Source: Candidatus Eiseniibacteriota bacterium
GTDB lineage: Bacteria > Eisenbacteria > RBG-16-71-46
Length of the DNA stretch: 64,000 nt
Direction: 5' to 3'
NCBI GenBank assembly: GCA_963707915.1
Contig: OY970178.1
Coordinates: 224,001 to 288,000 of the forward strand
Positions 28,714 to 37,848 of this stretch are shown piece after piece. Position 1 is the stretch's first letter. Every line of letters starts with the position of its first letter. The position numbers were made by a program, and so were the translations under genes. The notes beneath the pieces are model-generated. The model worked only from the letters and a program-made list of their open reading frames with translations, searched no databases and was not told the origin of the DNA.

Positions 28714-31700
28714 TCAGAAGCCAGGTTGGAGCGAGAGCTCCCAGTACCAGCCCTGGCCGGGCCGGTCGTTGGGGTGGACCAGGTCGGCCTCGCCGATGGC
28801 GAAGCCGAACAGGTTGGCTCGCAGGGCGATGCCATAGCTCGTCACCGTCGAGCGTCGCGGGCCGAGGAAGGCGGGCTTGAACTCGCTCGTCCAGGCGGCG
28901 CCGGCGTCGAAGAATACCGCGGCCTCGATCGGGGGGACCGCCGGGGTGGGGTAGAGCCCGAGGGCCCCGAGCAACGGGATCCGCAATTCGACGTTGGCCA
29001 CGGCGAGCCGGCTGCCGAAGAGGCGATAGTAGACCGGCTCCACCGCGTCGTTGCTGTTGGTCACGTGGTTGCTGAAGGACGTGTAGTCGTAGCCGCGGAT
29101 CAGCCACGGGTCGCCGACGTACAGCGACGAGAGCCGCGGGTCCTCGGCCCCCGGGCCGTAGCGCCCGTAGTGGAGCGCCCGCCCGGCCAGGATGAGGGAG
29201 CGGCTCAGCCGCACGTAGCGCCGGTAGTCGGCGAGCGCGTCCCCGTAGTCGATGCTGCCACCGAGTCCCGTGACCTCGAAACGGTAGCGCTGGCCCATCA
29301 CCGGGCCGGTGCCCCCGAACACGCCGCTGTCGTGGACCAGCGCGACCCCGCCGCCGGCGAGGGTGAGGGACGGCGGATTGCCGTAGGGGTTGTTCACGGT
29401 CTTGTCGATGCTGCCGTTGTTGTCGTACGCGATGGTGCGGAGCCGGCTCGCGAAGGCGATGTTGCGCAGCCCGCCCGAGAACTCCACGCGCGAGAATCGG
29501 CTGAACGGGTAGGAGACGCTTCCCATCAGGGCGCGCTCGATCTGCCAGATCGTGAACTCGGAGTCCCGCGCGGTCTGGTCGAAATGGACCTGTTCCGGGT
29601 TGTAGTACTGCGTGATGTACGGGATCTGGCTGGCCTGCAGTCCCCAGTTCCAGCGCTGGCGCAGGTCCTGGTAGGCGACCGCCGCCGCGGTGTTGTTCAA
29701 CACGTTGCCGCCCACGTTGGTGACCTGCAGCAGGGTCACCATCTCGTGGTCGCCCAGCATGTCGCTCCAGTAGAGACCGGCGCCACCGCCGACGCCGACC
29801 CCGGAGGATCCGGCCGCCACCCCCAGGCTCGGCTGGGAGATGTAGTCGAGCGAAAGCCGCGGACGGTAGCGCGAGGAGGAGAAGCGCATGGTGTCCACCG
29901 CGGCGACGCCGACGCGGGCGGAGTCGGCCCAGGCGGCCCGGGGCCGTGGCGACGGCGGCAGGACCCCGGGGGCGCTCGCCGCGGAATTGCCGGCGGCCGC
30001 GGCGGCCAGCGAATCGCTCACCAGCGCGGACGCGACCGGCAGCGAGTCGCGCGCGGCGGACGGCACGGTGGCCGGCGCGGCGGCCAGCGAATCGCGCGCG
30101 GCGGAGAGCACGGTGGCCGGCGCGGCGGCCAGCGAATCGCGCGCGGCGGAGAGCACGGTGGCCGGCGCGGCGGCCAGCGAATCGCGCGGGATCCCCGCGA
30201 CGCGGCGCGCCTCGTCGAGGCGGAAGAGTTCGAAGTTGCCGGCGTCGTAGGCGCTGAAGACCACCTTCCCCGACCGGCGCGCGACCGTGAGGGCGGGGCT
30301 GAGGCGGGTGAGGCCCGACACGCCGGTCAGCAGGTTGGTGAGCGGCTCGATGCGGCCGCTCGCCAGGTCGATCCGGTAGAGGTCGGCGATCCCCTCGGGA
30401 TCTCCGACGAAGTACAGGCCGCGCCCGTCCGGGGTCCACTGGGGGTTGATGCTCTTGCCGGCCGGGAAGGTCTCGAGCGCGCGGATCGCGCCGCTCTCCG
30501 GGTCGATGGTCGCCAGGCGGTACTCGCCGTAGCGGGTGCTGTCCGAGACCGGACCGAAGCGGTCGGTGACGAACGCGATGGTCTTCCCGTCGGGTGACCA
30601 CGCGGGCTGCAGGTCCGCCCAGTCGTCGTGGGTGAGGCGCCGCGAAGCGCCGCTCTCGAGGTCGAGCACCCACAGGTCCGTCACGCCGTGCCCGAGCGCG
30701 GAGAAGGCGACGCGGCGGCCGTCGGGCGACCAGGTCGGATGGAAGACCTCGCCGAGGTCCGGGAAGGGCACGCGGCGCACGATGCGGCCACTCGCCATCT
30801 CCATCACCGAGAGCACCGGGCGGCCACGGTTCACGGCCGAGAACGCCAGGCGCGTGCCGTCGGGGCTCCACTCGCCGCCGGAGTTGACGAATCCCAGGTT
30901 CTGCATCTCCAGGTCCACGGTGCTGCGGGTGATCGCCCGCAGTACCTTCCCGCTCTCCGCGTCCGCGAGGTACATCTCGATCGACAACTGGCCGCGCTCC
31001 GAGAAGAAGACGATCTGCCGGCCGTCGGGGGAGAGCGCCGGTCCCAGGTTCATGCGGCCGCCGCCGTGCTTGGTGATCACGAGCGGGGTGGCGGCCTTGC
31101 GGATCGGCTCGGTCCGGCGGGCGAGCCGGCCCTCCCAGCTGCGCAAGGCCCGGTGCCACGACATGATGACCGAGTCGGCCGGCACGCCGAGCGTGCCCTG
31201 CAGCGCCTGGCGGACGTCACCCGAGCGGCCCGCCGCCTTCAGCAAGCGGGCCACGGCGTCCTCGCCGAAGCGGCCGGTCAGGTACGCCCACAGCGACTGC
31301 CCGTAGCGGTAGGGGAAGTAGCGCGAGTCCTCGAGCCGGCCGTACTTGGGGAGCCTGCCGGCCTGTGCCGCATCGCGCATCCACATGGCCGTGTGCGGGT
31401 CGTCGGCGCCGAGCGTCAGGTACTCGGCCATGCCTTCCATGAACCACAGGGGCAGCCGCGCGGCGGTGGTGAGCCCGAGGGTCTGAGAGCGGCCCTGGCC
31501 GACGACGTCGTACTGGAACGCGTGCACCAGCTCGTGGCCGATGACGTGGTCGGTCTCAGCGAGCGGACCGGCGAAGGGGACCACGATGCGGCGCTTGAGG
31601 GCCTCGGTCACGCCTCCCACGCCCTCGCCCAGGTCGCCGTAGATGGCGTTGGTCTGCTGGAAGGCCGGGTGGCTGGCGTAGAGGATCAGCGGCTGGCGGC

Positions 31701-31959
31701 GCGAGAGATCGTGCTGCAGGGCCTTCGAGATCCGCGCGTACCAGCGCTCCGCCATCCGCGCCGCCTCGGGCGCGATGTCCTGGGTCTCGGGGTAGTAGTA
31801 GATGTCGAAGTGCTCGGTCCTGAGCACCTGGAAGTCGAAGGCCTGGTAGCGGACCTTGTTCTGGCCGAAGTAGTCCTGGGCGCCGGCCAGCGGCGCGAGC
31901 ACGGCCGCCAGCGCGAGGCAGGCGATGAGCGGCGCGACCGGACGACGCCACGAAGACAT
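28714..31959 (-). CDS. Omp85/BamA-TamA family outer-membrane protein with N-terminal gluzincin peptidase-like domain and PD40 (TolB-like) beta-propeller
   Basis: Signal peptide, FGQNKVRY, HELVHAFQ plus WFMEGMAEY, repeated (W/L)SPDG, IRGYD, FFDAG and terminal LQPGF. Confidence 0.87.
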   Translation of the reverse strand: MSSWRRPVAPLIACLALAAVLAPLAGAQDYFGQNKVRYQAFDFQVLRTEHFDIYYYPETQDIAPEAARMAERWYARISKALQHDLSRRQPLILYASHPAFQQTNAIYGDLGEGVGGVTEALKRRIVVPFAGPLAETDHVIGHELVHAFQYDVVGQGRSQTLGLTTAARLPLWFMEGMAEYLTLGADDPHTAMWMRDAAQAGRLPKYGRLEDSRYFPYRYGQSLWAYLTGRFGEDAVARLLKAAGRSGDVRQALQGTLGVPADSVIMSWHRALRSWEGRLARRTEPIRKAATPLVITKHGGGRMNLGPALSPDGRQIVFFSERGQLSIEMYLADAESGKVLRAITRSTVDLEMQNLGFVNSGGEWSPDGTRLAFSAVNRGRPVLSVMEMASGRIVRRVPFPDLGEVFHPTWSPDGRRVAFSALGHGVTDLWVLDLESGASRRLTHDDWADLQPAWSPDGKTIAFVTDRFGPVSDSTRYGEYRLATIDPESGAIRALETFPAGKSINPQWTPDGRGLYFVGDPEGIADLYRIDLASGRIEPLTNLLTGVSGLTRLSPALTVARRSGKVVFSAYDAGNFELFRLDEARRVAGIPRDSLAAAPATVLSAARDSLAAAPATVLSAARDSLAAAPATVPSAARDSLPVASALVSDSLAAAAAGNSAASAPGVLPPSPRPRAAWADSARVGVAAVDTMRFSSSRYRPRLSLDYISQPSLGVAAGSSGVGVGGGAGLYWSDMLGDHEMVTLLQVTNVGGNVLNNTAAAVAYQDLRQRWNWGLQASQIPYITQYYNPEQVHFDQTARDSEFTIWQIERALMGSVSYPFSRFSRVEFSGGLRNIAFASRLRTIAYDNNGSIDKTVNNPYGNPPSLTLAGGGVALVHDSGVFGGTGPVMGQRYRFEVTGLGGSIDYGDALADYRRYVRLSRSLILAGRALHYGRYGPGAEDPRLSSLYVGDPWLIRGYDYTSFSNHVTNSNDAVEPVYYRLFGSRLAVANVELRIPLLGALGLYPTPAVPPIEAAVFFDAGAAWTSEFKPAFLGPRRSTVTSYGIALRANLFGFAIGEADLVHPNDRPGQGWYWELSLQPGF
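30041..30188. repeat. 45-bp intragenic tandem repeat (~3.3 copies) encoding RDSLAAAPATVLSAA
   Basis: Unit GCCAGCGAATCGCGCGCGGCGGAGAGCACGGTGGCCGGCGCGGCG repeated head to tail with no spacers. Confidence 0.9.
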
Positions 31960-32206
31960 GAAGCGGGCCTCTCGCAGTTGGAGACGGGCGGATCGAACCC
32001 TTCACAGGGTCGGGCGCGGGTTGCTCCCGACGTCTTTGGGGACAGGCAAGAGGCTCATTGTAGATGAGCACGAGTCCACCTGCCGACCCGCCCCGTCCCC
32101 ACGTACCGGGAGTGCAGATACGTATATACGTCACCTACAGTCCTGTGGAATGCCGCGCCTCGTGAACGCCGCATCCACCATTTCTCCGCCCGCGCTCAAG
32201 GCAGAG

Positions 32207-32485
32207 TTACATGCCTTTCAACCCGAGCGCGCGAAGGTGGTACACACTCAGAATCACGATCAACGCTCCTGCTGCGTCGATCAGAACTACGCGCCACGAA
32301 GAGGAGGGGTTGAACTTGAATTTGGTCGGGTTGAACCAGTGCAGGATCATCGGGAGACCAGTCCCGAGGAGCACCATGAAGAAGCCGTAGAAGCTCATCG
32401 AGAGGACACCTGCCGCAAAGGAGGCAACAAGGCCGCTGATGAAGCAGAACTTCATCGACACGGGGTTCTTGGTCTGCGTTGTCAT
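32207..32485 (-). CDS. Small (92 aa) multi-TM membrane protein, candidate immunity protein
   Basis: MTTQTKNP start in an ATGA overlap with the upstream gene; about three hydrophobic segments; low-GC region. Confidence 0.65.
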   Translation of the reverse strand: MTTQTKNPVSMKFCFISGLVASFAAGVLSMSFYGFFMVLLGTGLPMILHWFNPTKFKFNPSSSWRVVLIDAAGALIVILSVYHLRALGLKGM

Positions 32486-33441
32486 CGGTACGCCGCCTTG
32501 AGTTGCCCCCACGAGGGCCGCCGCGCCCCGAGGATCACCTTCTGCGCGGCCCCGGTTTGGGGGGACACGGATGCCATGGGCATCGGCACTTTGGGCTTCG
32601 GTGCGGGCTGGTTCAAGAATTGAAGCGCAGCGAATGCCACTCCAGCCATCGCACCGAGTCCAATGCCCGGGAGGGTCGCAGCAAGGTTGCCACTTCTCAC
32701 CGAAAGCATCCCGCCCGCGAGGGCACCTTCGCAGGCGGCAGTGACGACAGTATTCACGAATGCTGTCCCGACATTGCGGTCGTTGAAGATCTGGCTTGCC
32801 CAATAACGGTTGTTCGCTTCCGACGTTTCGATAAACGCCATGATCTCATCCAGCCACTCTTCCCCTTCTACCATGGCGGGGGCTTCTACGGGGGCGGTGG
32901 CACCCTCGGGCACTGCGGTCCACAGCACAGCGATCTGGAACGCTCCCGGGATATCGTCACAGAAGGTTGGGACTTCCTGTCCGTTGACGATGGTCTTCTT
33001 GTAGGCACCACCGAAGATGTTCGTGCACGCGTGTCCATTCTCGGGGAGGACTTTGGTCACGATGTTGATGATCGGCTGTACGCTGTCGATGCTGACGCCG
33101 GGGTACTCGAATCCGATGACCGCGCACGAGTACCCGGCCAGAGTATAGGCAGCATCGGAGTCCGGGCGTCTGACTGCACCGTGCGTCTGTGCCTCAGCCA
33201 TGGCGGATTGCACGGCGGGCATCTGCAACGCCCAAGACAGAACCTCCTGTGCGGTGCGGTCTGTACCGAACGGGAGCGTGTAGTCCGTCCCCGGCCACGA
33301 AGTGGCGTAGGCGGGCGGCCAGCCACCGGACTGGTAGGGTTCGAATTCGGTAGAGAAGTTCTTCTTGGTCTGTGCGGTGGCAGGCGTAGCGGCTACGGCG
33401 AGGATGAGTGCGGCGAGCAGGGTGAAAAGGATTCGTTTCAT
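32482..33441 (-). CDS. Secreted hypothetical protein with a Gly/Ala-rich hydrophobic hairpin and SWGQLKAAYR tail (candidate bacteriocin-like toxin)
   Basis: Signal peptide MKRILFTLLAALILAVAATPATA; GALAGGMLSV...PGIGLGAMAGVAFAALQF; GAGG RBS. Confidence 0.7.
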   Translation of the reverse strand: MKRILFTLLAALILAVAATPATAQTKKNFSTEFEPYQSGGWPPAYATSWPGTDYTLPFGTDRTAQEVLSWALQMPAVQSAMAEAQTHGAVRRPDSDAAYTLAGYSCAVIGFEYPGVSIDSVQPIINIVTKVLPENGHACTNIFGGAYKKTIVNGQEVPTFCDDIPGAFQIAVLWTAVPEGATAPVEAPAMVEGEEWLDEIMAFIETSEANNRYWASQIFNDRNVGTAFVNTVVTAACEGALAGGMLSVRSGNLAATLPGIGLGAMAGVAFAALQFLNQPAPKPKVPMPMASVSPQTGAAQKVILGARRPSWGQLKAAYR

Positions 33442-33562
33442 CGCGACCTCTTGTGTGCTGCGGCGGGGGGGCCGGCACTACGATGATCACTCAGACGCGG
33501 AGCCTTTCTGTCACCATAACGCCGAGACGCCCCGGACGCCAGCGGGATCCGGCGGACGCCAG

Positions 33563-33590
33563 AGCGGCCACCCCGGCAGGGGCGGCCGCT
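33563..33590 (-). terminator. Hairpin, probable original terminator of the 35218-37479 gene before IS insertion
   Basis: AGCGGCCACCCC-GGCA-GGGGCGGCCGCT, about 30 nt beyond the reconstructed stop codon. Confidence 0.5.
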
Positions 33591-33764
33591 GCGCGCTGCT
33601 CCCGACCGTGCGCTGCTCAGTTCAGACAGTATGGAACGACCGGCTCGCGGTCGTAGGGTCGTGCCCTCGCGAACGAGAGGCACGACCGGTGGCGGGGATG
33701 CCGCCACGCTCGATCGCGGGTTAACGCCTTGCGGCGCCAGAGCCGCATACGAGAGGAGCCGGTC

Positions 33765-34886
33765 GTGAGCACGGAGCATATCACCTGGGTGGGGCTGGAT
33801 GCCCACAAGAACTCGATCAAGGTGGCGGCCTTCTTGCCGGAGCGCCCCGAGCCCGTGGAGTGGACCGAGGCGACCACGGCGGAGGCGATCCGCCGACTGG
33901 CCCGCAAGCTCCAGCGCGAGGCCCCCGGGCGAGGTGCACTGCTGCTACGAGGCCGGCCCGACCGGCTACGGGCTGCAGCGGCAACTGCGCGCCGCCGGGA
34001 TCGCCTGCACCGTGATCGCTCCCTCGCTGACCCCGGTCAAGCCCGGGGTGCGGATCAAGACCGACCGGCGCGATGCGCGCAAGCTGGCCGAGTTGTTCCG
34101 GGCCGGGCTGCTGACCGAGGTCCACCCGCCGAGCGAGACGGACGAGGCCCTGCGTGACCTGTGCCGCTGCCGCGACGACGTCCGGGTGGACCTGCTGCGG
34201 GCCCGGCATCGGCTCAGCAAGTTCCTGTTGCGGCGCAACTGCATCTACCGGCAGACCAAGCACCACTGGGGCAGCGCGGCACTGGGCCTGGCTCGAGCAG
34301 CTGCGCTTCGATGACCCGATCAGCCAGGCCACGTTCGACAGCTACCTGCTGGCGGTCCAGCAACTCGAGGAGCGCCAGCAACAACTCGACACTCAGTTGG
34401 CCGAGTTTGGCGACCAGGAGCCCTACCGCGAGCCGGTGGCCTGGCTGCGCTGCTTCCGCGGCATCGACACGGTGACGGCGGTCTGCCTGGTGGCCGAGCT
34501 CCACGACTTCCGCCGCTTCCACTCGCCCCGGCAGCTGATGGCCTACGTCGGACTGGTGCCGAGCGAGTGCTCGAGCGGGGAACGCGAACGGCGCGGCGCG
34601 ATCACCAAGGCGGGCAATCGGCACGTGCGGCGCCTGCTGGTCGAGGCCGCCTGGCATCAACGCTTCCGGCCCGCATTGAGTGCCCCGTTGCGGCGCCGAC
34701 GCGAAGGACAGCCAGCCCGGGTGCTGGCCATCGCCGATCGGGCCCAGGAGCGGCTCTACGCACGCTACCGGCGCATGAGTGCTGTGGGCAAGGTCCGCGC
34801 CCAAGATCATCGTCGCCATGGCACGTGAGTTGACCGGCTACCTGTGGGCGGTCCTGCATCCGGCGGCCGCCGCCACCCGAGTCTGA
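33765..34886 (+). pseudogene. IS110-family DEDD recombinase/transposase with three apparent +1 frameshifts
   Basis: WVGLDAHK, CYEAGPTG, KTDRRDA, GIDTVTA, YVGLVPSECSSG, GAITKAGN and AMARELTGYLW lie in successive frames, switching near 33925, 34275 and 34800. Confidence 0.88.
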
Positions 34887-35205
34887 GTCGCAGAACGCAG
34901 CTCAATCGCAGTCAGACAGTGAGGGTGAACGGATGAAGGTCGGCACGATCTGAAGGACGCGCGACTGCGGTGTGCGATACGGAGGCTCTGCCTCCCGAAC
35001 TCGCGTCTTCAGAGAGCGAACCCTCCCGACGGATCACAGTCCTGCGGCTCTGGCCGGGACGCCGGTGCAACCCGCGAATACTAGCGTGACTCGTCGTCGA
35101 AGCGCCCGGCCTTCTCCGTCGCCCTCGTCATCACCGTTCGCACCAAGACCCGCGGCCACCCCGAGGGGTGGCCGCCAGGAAGACCAACCAGTCGCCTTGA
35201 CTCAG
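34887..35205 (+). ncRNA. Candidate bridge/seek RNA region of the IS1111-type element
   Basis: ~320-nt non-coding segment with hairpins; contains ATACTAG (35078-35084) matching the predicted circle junction CCATACT|AGACAGT, and ACAGT (35036-35040). Confidence 0.55.
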
Positions 35206-35217
35206 GGTCGTTCCATA

Positions 35218-37479
35218 CTACTTGAGGCGCACCATCCGCTCGGTGCGGGTGCCCCACGGGGTCACCAGCCGCACGAAGTAGAGCCCGGCGCCCGGCGCCG
35301 AGCCGTCCGGGCCGCGACCGTCCCAGCGCCACGCCTGCGGGCCGGCCGCGAAGTCGCCCTCGTACGCGCCCAGCCGCCGCCCCGAGACGTCCACCACCTC
35401 CAGCCGCGCCCGCCCCGCCGCCGGCAGCGAGAAGCGCAGCAGCGTCGTGCCGCGGCTCGGGTTCGGCACCGGCCGCGCCAGCGCCAGCACCGCCGGCCCG
35501 CCACCCCACACGTCGGCGATGGGGTCCACGATGCGGAACGAGCTGTCGCTCGCCGCGCGGCCCGCGTTGTGCGCCGGGTCGTAGGCCGTGACCCGCACCC
35601 GCGCGCTGTCGCTCGCCACCGCCGGCACCGTCCAGGGGAAGGAGCCCGAGTTCGCCACCCCGTGGGCCACCGCCACCCACGGCCCCCCGGGGCCCGAGAG
35701 CGAGTAGTCCACGTCCACCGAGTCCACCGCGGCATTGTCGGTCGCGCTCCAGGTGATGGTGCGCATCGTGCCCTGCACCATGATCTCCCCGCCCACCGGC
35801 GAGAGCAGCGTCACCACCGGCGCGGCCACGTCCACGAACGTCGCCGTCACCGCCTTGTTCGCGTTCACCGTCAGCGTCACCGGGTCGGCGACCCCGCTGG
35901 TGTCCCCGCTCCAGCCCGCGAACGCCCAGCCCGCCGCCGCCGCCGCGTCCAGCACGACGCTGCTGCCGTAGGCGTAGCTCGCCAGGTCCGGGCTCTTCGT
36001 CACCGTCCCGCCCCCCACCGCGCTCACCGCCAGCGCGAACTGGTCGGCCGAGAACGTCGCCGCGATGGCGTGGTCCGCCGTCACGTTGCTGAACACGTAG
36101 CTGGTGTCCGCCGCCACCGCCCCGCCGTCCACCGTCAGCCCCAGCACGTGGTAGCCGGTCGCCGGCCGGATCGCGAACCCCTGGCTGGCGCCCTGCACCA
36201 CCGCCACCGCCCCGCTCGGCGTGATGCTGCCGTTCGCCCCGGCCGATGCGGTGATGGTCCAGCGGTCGATGGTGAAGTTCGTGGCACTCGAGTCGCGCCC
36301 GGCGTTGCCCGCCGCGTCACGGGCGATGACCCGCACCCGCACCGTGCCGCTCGGCGCGTTCGGCACGCTCCACGACCACGAGCCGCTGTTGGCGATGCCG
36401 GTCGCGAGCGCGTTGGGGAAGCTCGCCCCGCCGTCGGTCGAGTAGGCCAGGTCCAGGCTGGTCACGCCCACCGCGTCGGTCGCGCTCCAGGTGATCGACT
36501 GGGTCGAGCCCGCCTTCCAGGTCTCGCCGCCGTTCGGCGCGGTCACCGCCACCACCGGCGCCGTCACGTCGCCGGTCGCGGCGCGCCGCGTCGCCCAGAT
36601 CGTGGCGTTCATGAAGAAGGTGCTGTCGGTGGCGCCGGCCTCGCCCCAGCCGTCGTAGATGCTGCTGTTGCCGGGATTGGCGGAGCCGTCGTCGGCGGGC
36701 GAGCTGTCGCCCGCGATGACGATGCGCCCGTTGCCGTAGACGGAGGAGGCGGCCATCAGGCCGGTGGTGCTGGTCTGCGACAGGCCGTTCATCCACACCT
36801 CGCCGCGCACGGTCGGATTGACGGCCGGGTAGAGGGTGAAGGTGGTCCCGTTGTGGAAGGCGAAGCCGGTGACGTTGCCCACCGGTCCGCGCGTGACCGA
36901 GTCCGACGCCGACGCGTTCACGTTGGTCGAGGTCTGGGTGATGTTGTTGTTGGTCTCGTTGTACACCTGGCAGCGCACGCCGAAGAGCCGACCGGGGTCC
37001 AGGGCGTTCCAGATCATCGGGGAGTCGTAGCCGTCGTTGTTGCGGTCGGACTGTCCGTGGTCCACGACCATGATGAGCCCGCCGCCGTCCCGCACGTAGT
37101 TGAAGATCGCGGCGGCCTCGGCGCTGGTGAACAGGATGTTGGGCTCGGGGACGATGAAGACGTCGTAGTTCGAGAGGTCGTACGGGTTGCCGCTGTTGCC
37201 GTAGGTGATGCCGTAGGCCGGGGTCAGGGTGGCGACGGTGTAGCCGCGCTTCACCAGGTCCACGCCCCAGGACGAGATCGCGCCGGTCCAGTAGGTGCGC
37301 GGCGTGGCCGGTCCGATTCCGGCCTGGTCGGGCAGGGGCACGGGCTGGTTGTCGTCGATCACCCAGTCGGCGTTGCCGGCGGTCTCGGCCTTCGTGTTGT
37401 CGAAGAGGGCCTTCCTGGCGGCGGCGGCGGGGGAGGCGACGAGCAGGACGAGCAGGGGGGCGACCAGCCAGAATCGCAT
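35218..37479 (-). CDS. Secreted multidomain protein (GATase-like/DUF4350-type N-terminal domain, Ig-like and InlB-B-like repeats, FlgD-Ig/T9SS-like CTD)
   Basis: Signal peptide MRFWLVAPLL..., AETAGNADWVID, DLSNYDVFIVPEPN, APNGGE..ITWSATD repeats, PNPSRG...WDGR...GLYFVRL. Confidence 0.8.
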   Translation of the reverse strand: MRFWLVAPLLVLLVASPAAAARKALFDNTKAETAGNADWVIDDNQPVPLPDQAGIGPATPRTYWTGAISSWGVDLVKRGYTVATLTPAYGITYGNSGNPYDLSNYDVFIVPEPNILFTSAEAAAIFNYVRDGGGLIMVVDHGQSDRNNDGYDSPMIWNALDPGRLFGVRCQVYNETNNNITQTSTNVNASASDSVTRGPVGNVTGFAFHNGTTFTLYPAVNPTVRGEVWMNGLSQTSTTGLMAASSVYGNGRIVIAGDSSPADDGSANPGNSSIYDGWGEAGATDSTFFMNATIWATRRAATGDVTAPVVAVTAPNGGETWKAGSTQSITWSATDAVGVTSLDLAYSTDGGASFPNALATGIANSGSWSWSVPNAPSGTVRVRVIARDAAGNAGRDSSATNFTIDRWTITASAGANGSITPSGAVAVVQGASQGFAIRPATGYHVLGLTVDGGAVAADTSYVFSNVTADHAIAATFSADQFALAVSAVGGGTVTKSPDLASYAYGSSVVLDAAAAAGWAFAGWSGDTSGVADPVTLTVNANKAVTATFVDVAAPVVTLLSPVGGEIMVQGTMRTITWSATDNAAVDSVDVDYSLSGPGGPWVAVAHGVANSGSFPWTVPAVASDSARVRVTAYDPAHNAGRAASDSSFRIVDPIADVWGGGPAVLALARPVPNPSRGTTLLRFSLPAAGRARLEVVDVSGRRLGAYEGDFAAGPQAWRWDGRGPDGSAPGAGLYFVRLVTPWGTRTERMVRLK

Positions 37480-37848
37480 CGGGTGCCTTTCGCGCGCGAG
37501 GTGTCGGATCGTGCGCGAGGAAGGGACCCGCGCGTGGTGTCTGGAAAGGCGGCCGGAAGAATTGTAGCTGCAGGAGTGCCGCCGCTCCAAACGTCAGCCC
37601 GGTTCGATGCGGCCGGCCGGGTCGCGGCCGTGTGGAAACCCGCGACCGGGGCCGGGAAGTGGGTGGAATCGCCGCGACCGCGACGCGCATCCCAACCTTC
37701 CCGCTCACCACCGGGGCGGGCTGGACCGGGTGCGTCCCGCGAGCCGTGAACTGCCCGGACCGGCGGCTTCGTGGTAGTCTGCGGCCCGCCTCGACAACGA
37801 TGATCGTGCGTCTCTGCCACCGGCCGCGGGGCAGCCATCGAGGGACAC

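Larger units (their letters stand above)
33624..35219 (+). mobile_element. IS110-family, IS1111-type insertion sequence
   Basis: Subterminal inverted repeat AGTATGGAACGACC (33628-33641) / GGTCGTTCCATACT (35206-35219); long 3' non-coding end; TTGACT near the right end; no target duplication. Ends uncertain by a few nt. Confidence 0.82.

Noticed and set aside
30041..30188. 45-bp repeats as a possible CRISPR array
   Set aside because: No unique spacers, in frame within a CDS, and no cas genes in the window.
32479..33486. 335-aa plus-strand ORF in the low-GC islet
   Set aside because: Antisense to an ORF with a signal peptide, RBS and conserved-looking C-terminal tail; no recognisable features of its own.
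33765..34886. Programmed frameshifting in the IS110 transposase
   Set aside because: Three separate shifts without canonical slippery heptamers; IS110 transposases are normally single ORFs, so error or decay is more likely.
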